Shown here: in pieces, positions 6,541 to 12,656 of the stretch
Position numbering within the stretch: the stretch's first letter is position 1
Layout: every line of letters starts with the position of its first letter
Origin: Campylobacterota bacterium
GTDB taxonomy: Bacteria > Campylobacterota > Campylobacteria > Campylobacterales > Sulfurimonadaceae
Direction: 5' to 3'
Length of the DNA stretch: 12,656 nt
Assembly: GCA_034717975.1 (NCBI GenBank)
Contig: JAYEMF010000039.1
Location: 1-12,656, forward strand
Translations under genes and position numbers: made by a program
Notes under the pieces: generated by a model
The model's input: only the letters and a program-made list of their open reading frames with translations
Database searches by the model: none
Told to the model about the DNA's origin: nothing

Positions 6541-7527
6541 ATGCAGTGGTATCAACACTACGCTAATGGTATTACTTGTTTACTTTGCGAACACTACTGC
6601 TTCTTGACACCTGGTCAGACAGGCCGCTGTTTTAACCAGCAAAACCAAAACGGTGAACTGGTCACCACGACATTCGGCACCCCCTCAGCCCTGAGTATCA
6701 CCCATATCGAAGATCGTCCCTTTTTACATCTTCTGCCAGGATCAACAGCTTTGGCACTGGGAACTACCGGCTGCAACATGCAGTGTCCCGGATGTCAGAA
6801 TCACCAGCTGACTCAGCATTTCGAGCATATCGAACCACTGGACCTGCAACCTGGAAATGTAGTGAAACTGGCACTGGAGAACAACACAGAGAGTGTCGCT
6901 TTTAGCTACAACGATCCGGTTGTTTTCTATCCTTACGCCAAAGCGATCGGCGAGATTGCCAACGACAAAGCGCTAAAAACACTTTTTCAGACTGCAGGAC
7001 TGGCTTCACCCATGCTGATCGATGATCTGACAGAGTGGGCCAGCGCCATACATGTCGATCTCAAATCTTTCAATCCCGCTTTCTACAAAAGTGTACTTGG
7101 CGGTTCGCTCTGTATCGTCAAGGAGAATCTGAGAACACTTGCGAAAAAAGCCAACTGGCTGGAGATCACTACCCTTGTCGTCAACGGTGTGAATGACTCC
7201 GATGAAGAGCTGCAGGCCATCGCCACCTTTATAGCCGAGGAGCTTGGCCCGCATACTCCCTGGCATATCTCGGCATTTACCCCGGCCAATCACCGCCTAA
7301 ATATGAAACCAACCACTACAAGCAGTCTGCTCAACGCCTATGAGATTGGGAAGAGAGCCGGTCTGCATTATGTCTATTTCGGGAATGTCCCGTGGCTCAA
7401 TGAAACACGCTGTCCCGGGTGCGATGCCCTGCTGATCCAGCGGCGGGAGTACGAAATCCTGGAGAACAACCTCGATAACGGGCAATGTCCGCACTGTCGA
7501 CGAGCTATAGAAGGTATCTGGTCATGA
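6541..7527 (+). CDS. amrS: AmmeMemoRadiSam system radical SAM enzyme (divergent)
   Basis: N-terminal CxxCxxxC...GxC, radical SAM GCNMQCPGCQN, 'DLKSF', 'WLEITTL', 'PWHISAF', 'AGLHYVYFGNV', C-terminal CPxC...CPxC; directly downstream of amrA. Confidence 0.85.
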   Translation: MQWYQHYANGITCLLCEHYCFLTPGQTGRCFNQQNQNGELVTTTFGTPSALSITHIEDRPFLHLLPGSTALALGTTGCNMQCPGCQNHQLTQHFEHIEPLDLQPGNVVKLALENNTESVAFSYNDPVVFYPYAKAIGEIANDKALKTLFQTAGLASPMLIDDLTEWASAIHVDLKSFNPAFYKSVLGGSLCIVKENLRTLAKKANWLEITTLVVNGVNDSDEELQAIATFIAEELGPHTPWHISAFTPANHRLNMKPTTTSSLLNAYEIGKRAGLHYVYFGNVPWLNETRCPGCDALLIQRREYEILENNLDNGQCPHCRRAIEGIWS

Positions 7528-7556
7528 CTCGGCGCTTGTTAGCTATATCTCAGCAC

Positions 7557-8795
7557 TTATTTACTGCTACTATTGGCATCGTCAGTAGTTGAATTTGATT
7601 CAACTGTCAAAAGAGTATCAACACGTTCAACAGTAGAAAGATTTGATTCAGGCAGTTGAGTAATAGTGATATTCTTTTCTGTCTGCTCCTGGCCATCAAC
7701 GGCTACCATAGTCTCATTGCCTTCCACGGCAACTGTTGGTGTTGACTTGGTCTGATTACCCTCAGATACAGCGCTCATCACCACATCACGGGATGGCACA
7801 TCCCGCTTAGCTACTTTGAGAGTTTTCGGCTTTGGTTTGGGATCGGGGAACGGTGTCAAAAAAATCGTCTCTTTATCCCACAGATACGCATCATCAGCCA
7901 CACCAAGATGATTGTAGGTCATCATATGCCGCAGTGACTCGACATAAGCGTACCTCCGTTCAGAGTATTTGTCCAACGTCTCAGCCAACACATAACCGGT
8001 AATTTTTTCACCTCTCTTTGCCAGTTCCGCACGCTTTATTCGAAGTTTTTTATAGGCTCTGTGTGTATTGAGGTTCAACATATAACTCTTTACGGCATCC
8101 AGCGGTGTTTTAAAGCGTGCCAGGCCATAATTTCCCAGCTCTTTGCGCTGCTGCTGAGGTACCATCGCATTACCACTGAAGTCCCACTGTCCAAACAGCG
8201 AATTTCCAAGCATCGCAAAGCGCGAAGTTCCCCATCCGCTCTCTTCGGCCGCCTGGGCCAGTGCCAAAGAAGGGGGAATAGTATTCATCCTCAATAGCAG
8301 TTTATCCAGTTTTTTCCGGTCCACAGGCACATCATGTTTTTTACTAAGTTTATACCTTTTTGCCATCTGTTGAAGCCATTTCTTATCAGCTGTTTCAAGC
8401 GCTGGAAACTTTTTAGAAAGGGCAAGCAGTCTCTCCCGGTCAAGCAAAATAAGCTCATTCGAGCGAAGAATCAACGGCAGTACCATCTGAAAAAAGATCG
8501 CTTTTTTCACTTTGACGCTGATACGCTGAGACTGCGTTCCCCAGCGTGACGAGATATCCGTCAGATAGAGGCGCGGTATCTCACGGTCACCATTCTGCCA
8601 GCGCGTCATAGAGTAGTTGATATCATTGAAAAGGCTGGTAATATCACTTGTGGATTTTGTCTTTACTGTACGGCTCTCCGTCATGACATAAGGCGCTTTT
8701 TTGGTGCTCTTTTCTGTCTCTTTCGACTCTTCACGGGAACATCCGCCAAGGAACAACAATACTATCCCCGTCAATAACCAAATCGATCTCTTCAT
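7557..8795 (-). CDS. Bax-like glucosaminidase-domain (GH73) lipoprotein
   Basis: Signal peptide with lipobox LGGC; 'KKAIFF..VLPLI...N', 'IPPSLALAQAAEESGWGTSRFA..GNSLFG', 'SYMLNLNTHRAY..LR..R', 'YSER..Y'; low-complexity C-terminal tail. ATG 8795 preferred over GTG 8804. Confidence 0.88.
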   Translation of the reverse strand: MKRSIWLLTGIVLLFLGGCSREESKETEKSTKKAPYVMTESRTVKTKSTSDITSLFNDINYSMTRWQNGDREIPRLYLTDISSRWGTQSQRISVKVKKAIFFQMVLPLILRSNELILLDRERLLALSKKFPALETADKKWLQQMAKRYKLSKKHDVPVDRKKLDKLLLRMNTIPPSLALAQAAEESGWGTSRFAMLGNSLFGQWDFSGNAMVPQQQRKELGNYGLARFKTPLDAVKSYMLNLNTHRAYKKLRIKRAELAKRGEKITGYVLAETLDKYSERRYAYVESLRHMMTYNHLGVADDAYLWDKETIFLTPFPDPKPKPKTLKVAKRDVPSRDVVMSAVSEGNQTKSTPTVAVEGNETMVAVDGQEQTEKNITITQLPESNLSTVERVDTLLTVESNSTTDDANSSSK

Positions 8796-8824
8796 CAAAA
8801 ACACCCTTTCCTTTTGTCAAGATA

Positions 8825-8871
8825 AGTATATCATACCCATCATCAAGCTTTATGCTCCACTTTGATAAAAT
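8825..8871. promoter_or_regulatory. back-to-back extended -10 promoters
   Basis: Minus strand TGaTATACT (8833-8825) towards the glucosaminidase; plus strand TGaTAAAAT (8863-8871) towards metH. Confidence 0.45.
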
Positions 8872-8957
8872 AAGAACCTTAAAAGCTTTACTCTTTTTCC
8901 ATAAAATCGGTTTTGATCCTATGGCAAAACAGTAAAAAAACCACCTAAAGATAGAGA

Positions 8958-11900
8958 ATGTCCGTAAGAGAACAGATTTTAGCCACCATCAAAGAGCGTC
9001 CGCTGATCATCGATGGGGCCATGGGCACCCAGCTTCAAGAGCGTGATGAGAAGATTTCTGAAGCGGCCTGGGAGGGCAATGAGGGGTGCAACGAACTGCT
9101 GAACGTTACCGCTCCGGAAGTGCTGGAAGATATCTTCAGTGCTTATCTCACAGCCGGTGCCGATCTGATCACGACCAACACCTTTGGTGCCTTTCCCTGG
9201 GTCCTGGATGAGTACCAGATCGGTGACCGCTCCTACGAGTTGGCCAAAGCCGGTGCCAGTGTTGTCCGCAAGATGTGTGACCGGTTCAGCACACCAGAAC
9301 AGCCACGCTATGTACTCGGTTCTATCGGTCCGGGAACAAAACTGCCATCACTTGGACATATGCATTATGATGAGATGCTGGAGGGGTATATCATCTGCGC
9401 CGAGGGGCTCATTGATGGCGGTGCCGATCTTTTCCTCCTCGAAACCTGTCAGGATCCCCTCCAGATCAAAGCGGCGCTGCATGCCTGTGAAGCGGCCAAC
9501 AGAAACCGGGGTACCGATATCCCTGTGATGATCTCGGTCACCATTGAACTGGCCGGTACGATGCTTATGGGTACCGATGCACAGACCATCGCCACCATCC
9601 TCGAGCCGTTTGAGATCCTCTCTCTTGGTTTTAACTGCGGAACGGGGCCGGAGCAGGTACTGAAACATGTTAAAACACTATCGGAAGTGTGGGGAAAACC
9701 GATCTCGGTGCATGCCAATGCCGGTCTGCCGCAGAACCGCGGCGGCTACAGCTACTACCCGATGGGACCCGATGAGTTTGCCGATCGGCAGGAAGCGTTT
9801 TTAGCCTTTGACGGTGTCTCTTTTCTTGGCGGCTGCTGCGGAACGACCCCGCAACATATCCGTGCCTTGACCGATCGTGTCAGCTCCATTACGCCAAAAC
9901 CGGCTTCAGGGTCTCAGCCGACCGCCTTGGCTTCGCTCTTCAACACTACACCGCTGGTCCAGGACCCTGCTCCGCTGCTTATCGGCGAGCGTTCCAATGC
10001 TACGGGTTCAAAAGCCTTTAGAGAGCTCCTTTTAGCCGAAGATTATGAGGGTACGCTCAGTGTCGCCCAGCAGCAAGTCCGTGCCGGTGCCCATGCCATT
10101 GACCTCTCTGTCGGCTTTGCCGGCCGGGACGAGACCAAAGATATGAATGAAGTGGCATCACTGTACGCCCAAAAGATCCCGCTTCCGCTTATGGTCGACT
10201 CAACACAGACTACAGGGATCGAAACAGCACTTAAACTCATCGGCGGCAAGCCCATCATCAACTCGGTCAACCTTGAGGATGGGATAGAGAAGTTTGACGC
10301 TGTCTGTCAGCTTGCCAAAAAGTATGGGGCCTCACTTGTCTGTCTGACTATTGACGAAGTAGGAATGGCAAAAACGGCGGAACGCAAACTGGAAGTGGCG
10401 GAACGCATCTATCAGCTTGCCACCGAAAAGCATGGCCTGAACCCGGAAGACCTGGTCTTTGACCTTTTGACCTTTACCGTAGGTTCTGGTGATGAAGAGT
10501 ATCGCGATGCGGCTATTCAGACCATCGATGCCATTCGTGAACTCACTGCGCGTCATCCAGAAGTAGGTACTACTCTGGGGCTCTCCAACATCTCTTTTGG
10601 TCTAGACAAAGATGCCAGACCCTACCTCAACACCATCTTTTTAAACCACTGTATCGATGCCGGTCTCAGTACCGTTATCATCAATGTCAAACATATCATT
10701 CCTCTCAATAAAATATCAGAAGAAGATGAAGAGACGTGTAACAACCTTCTCTTTGACAGGAAACCAAACGGTGAAGCTCTTTTTGAGTTCATCGACTACT
10801 TTGACAAGAATGCCAAAACGAGCGGTGATGAAGTCGATGAAGCCTATCTGACGATGAGCGATGAAGAGAAGATTGCCAAACTGTTGATGGATGGCGATAA
10901 AGAGCGTATGATCCCGCTTGTTGAAGAGGCGCGCCACCACATCAAACCCGAAGTGATCGTCAATGAGATACTGATCGATGCCATGAAGGTGGTCGGCGAG
11001 CTCTTTGGTGCCGGTGAGATGCAGCTGCCGTTTGTTCTGCAAAGTGCCGAGACCATGAAGAAGACGGTTGATCACCTCAACCCTTATCTGCCAAAGATAG
11101 ACAAAGAGGTCGACACTACTTTGATACTGGGTACGGTCAAAGGCGATGTTCACGACGTCGGTAAAAACCTTGTCGACATCATCCTCTCCAATAATGGCTA
11201 TAAGGTAATCAATCTTGGTATTAAAGTACCCCTGGAGGAGTATATCGAGACCCTCAAAAACTCAACTGCCCATGCCATAGGGATGAGTGGTCTGCTGGTC
11301 AAGTCTACACAGGTGATGAAAGAGAATCTCGAAGCGATGAAGGAAGCAGGTATCACCACGCCTGTCCTGCTTGGCGGGGCGGCGCTTACACGCTCTTTTA
11401 TCGATGACTTCTGTCGTCCTTTTTATGACGGACCCATCTTCTACTGTAAAGATGCCTTTGACGGGGTGACGGCCATGAGCCGTATCGAAGCGGGCAATCT
11501 TGACACCGACCTGCATGGTGAAGAGAAGAGAGGGAAAGAGGGAAGAGGAAAGGGGAAAGAGGAGGTAGTGATCCCGCCTTTTGAAGAGCTTGAGATGCCT
11601 GATCGCAATGTCACTACACCGACACCGCCATTTTGGGGACGCCGGACTATTACACTCTCCGAGTCCCAGATGGAGATGGCCTTTGAGTGGATCAACCACC
11701 GTATGCTTTTCAGACAGCGCTGGGGCTATAACGGCAAAGGGATGAAAAAAGAGGAGATGCAGAAGCAGGTCGATGAAGTGCTGTGGCCGGCCTTCGATCG
11801 TTTAAAGGCGCAGTTCCTCGATGAGAAGCTCTTCGATCCAACCATCATCTACGGCTACTGGCCGGTGCGATCAGATGACACGACTTTGCTTGTTTTTGAT

Positions 11901-12455
11901 GAATCTGAGGGATGGAACAATACGGACGAGATCAATCAAGAGCCGCTTGATCATATCATAGGCCGTGCCGAAAAGCAGTTCACCTTTCCACGCCAGGGGA
12001 AAAAGCCCCACCGTGCACTCTCTGATTTCTTCCACAGTGATCGTCATGACCTCTTAAGCATGAGCTGTGTCACTGCCGGCGCCAAGCTGAGCGTATATGA
12101 GAAAACGCTCTATGATGCGGGTGAGTTTACCGAGTACTATATGGTGCATGGACTCGGCGTCGAACTTGCCGAAGCCCTGGCCGAGATCGCCCATAAGCAG
12201 ATCCGTCTTGATCTCAATATTTCTGATAATGAGGGATCAAAACTTTCGGATGTTCAGATGAGTAAGTATCAGGGGTGCCGTTACTCGTTTGGGTATGCGG
12301 CCTGTCCGGACCTTGAATTGAATCGTCCGCTGTTTGATCTTTTGAAACCTGAGGAGTTTGGGATAGAGTTATCAGAAACGTTCCAGATTCACCCGGAGCA
12401 GTCTACTTCGGCATTAATTGTTTATCATCCGGAAGCTACTTATTACAACGTTTAA
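8958..12455 (+). CDS. metH: cobalamin-dependent methionine synthase
   Basis: Homocysteine-binding domain (DGAMGT, GFNC, GGCCGT), pterin domain (IGERSN), cap domain 'LPFVLQSAETMK', B12-binding GDVHDVGKN and SGLL, reactivation domain 'RYSFGYAACP...PEQSTSA'. Confidence 0.98.
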   Translation: MSVREQILATIKERPLIIDGAMGTQLQERDEKISEAAWEGNEGCNELLNVTAPEVLEDIFSAYLTAGADLITTNTFGAFPWVLDEYQIGDRSYELAKAGASVVRKMCDRFSTPEQPRYVLGSIGPGTKLPSLGHMHYDEMLEGYIICAEGLIDGGADLFLLETCQDPLQIKAALHACEAANRNRGTDIPVMISVTIELAGTMLMGTDAQTIATILEPFEILSLGFNCGTGPEQVLKHVKTLSEVWGKPISVHANAGLPQNRGGYSYYPMGPDEFADRQEAFLAFDGVSFLGGCCGTTPQHIRALTDRVSSITPKPASGSQPTALASLFNTTPLVQDPAPLLIGERSNATGSKAFRELLLAEDYEGTLSVAQQQVRAGAHAIDLSVGFAGRDETKDMNEVASLYAQKIPLPLMVDSTQTTGIETALKLIGGKPIINSVNLEDGIEKFDAVCQLAKKYGASLVCLTIDEVGMAKTAERKLEVAERIYQLATEKHGLNPEDLVFDLLTFTVGSGDEEYRDAAIQTIDAIRELTARHPEVGTTLGLSNISFGLDKDARPYLNTIFLNHCIDAGLSTVIINVKHIIPLNKISEEDEETCNNLLFDRKPNGEALFEFIDYFDKNAKTSGDEVDEAYLTMSDEEKIAKLLMDGDKERMIPLVEEARHHIKPEVIVNEILIDAMKVVGELFGAGEMQLPFVLQSAETMKKTVDHLNPYLPKIDKEVDTTLILGTVKGDVHDVGKNLVDIILSNNGYKVINLGIKVPLEEYIETLKNSTAHAIGMSGLLVKSTQVMKENLEAMKEAGITTPVLLGGAALTRSFIDDFCRPFYDGPIFYCKDAFDGVTAMSRIEAGNLDTDLHGEEKRGKEGRGKGKEEVVIPPFEELEMPDRNVTTPTPPFWGRRTITLSESQMEMAFEWINHRMLFRQRWGYNGKGMKKEEMQKQVDEVLWPAFDRLKAQFLDEKLFDPTIIYGYWPVRSDDTTLLVFDESEGWNNTDEINQEPLDHIIGRAEKQFTFPRQGKKPHRALSDFFHSDRHDLLSMSCVTAGAKLSVYEKTLYDAGEFTEYYMVHGLGVELAEALAEIAHKQIRLDLNISDNEGSKLSDVQMSKYQGCRYSFGYAACPDLELNRPLFDLLKPEEFGIELSETFQIHPEQSTSALIVYHPEATYYNV
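11520..11565 (+). repeat. in-frame polypurine heptamer tract inside metH
   Basis: 46-nt all-purine run; 11536-11564 matches 5824-5852 at 28/29 nt. Confidence 0.65.
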
Positions 12456-12656
12456 TAGAACGGTTTTTATTTAGCTACTTTACTCCCTAAAAACATGCCA
12501 ACGGCATATTTTCTTAACGGGAGATATCTTTCCAGATTCACCCGGAGCAGTCTACTTCGGCATTAATTGTTTATCATCCGGAAGCTACTTATTACAACGT
12601 TTAATAGAACGGTTTTTATTTAGCTACTTTACTCCCTAAAAACATGCCAACGGCAT
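12381..12656 (+). repeat. 149-bp tandem duplication (metH 3' end + spacer + hairpin element)
   Basis: 12530-12656 is an exact copy of 12381-12507; the second unit is cut by the window end. Confidence 0.92.
12477..12528. repeat. 52-bp palindromic interspersed element, copy 2 (partial copy 3 at 12626-12656)
   Basis: ACTTTACTCCCTAAAAACATGCCAACGGCATATTTTCTTAACGGGAGATATC; homologous to 783-834. Confidence 0.85.

Noticed and set aside
8872..8957. SAM or cobalamin riboswitch upstream of metH
   Set aside because: The leader is short and AT-rich with no conserved riboswitch motifs that I can recognise.
12454..12472. Intrinsic terminator after metH
   Set aside because: Only a weak AT-rich imperfect stem; the downstream hairpin element could serve instead but has no clear U-tract.
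12381..12656. CRISPR array or prophage att-site duplication
   Set aside because: The sequence between repeats is identical rather than unique, and there are no cas or integrase genes or cargo between the duplicated gene ends.

Overview
Mostly core-genome DNA of a Campylobacterota bacterium (gene order and protein style suggest a Sulfurovum/Sulfurimonas-like organism; inference). Order: BrnT/BrnA-type toxin-antitoxin pair (minus, AT-rich), topA, YfcE-type metallophosphoesterase, bioB, CPA2 cation:proton antiporter, AmmeMemoRadiSam protein A and radical SAM enzyme, a convergent Bax/GH73 glucosaminidase lipoprotein (minus), and metH. The unusual signal lies mostly between the genes, where several small palindromic or repeat elements sit. 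(1) A 52-bp hairpin element occurs at 783-834 and 12477-12528, plus a truncated third copy, with compensatory base-pair changes; one copy appears nested in a CGTC-type REP and the other is part of a 149-bp tandem duplication of the metH 3' end. (2) A ~110-bp structured insert between yfcE and bioB is flanked by a 10-bp near-direct repeat and carries a 35-codon ORF that overlaps the bioB start (TAATG). (3) Inverted heptamer repeats occur, one family also being read in frame inside two proteins. Protein-level oddities: BioB lacks the canonical Cys188-equivalent cluster ligand, and the glucosaminidase tail carries six bacterial N-glycosylation sequons.
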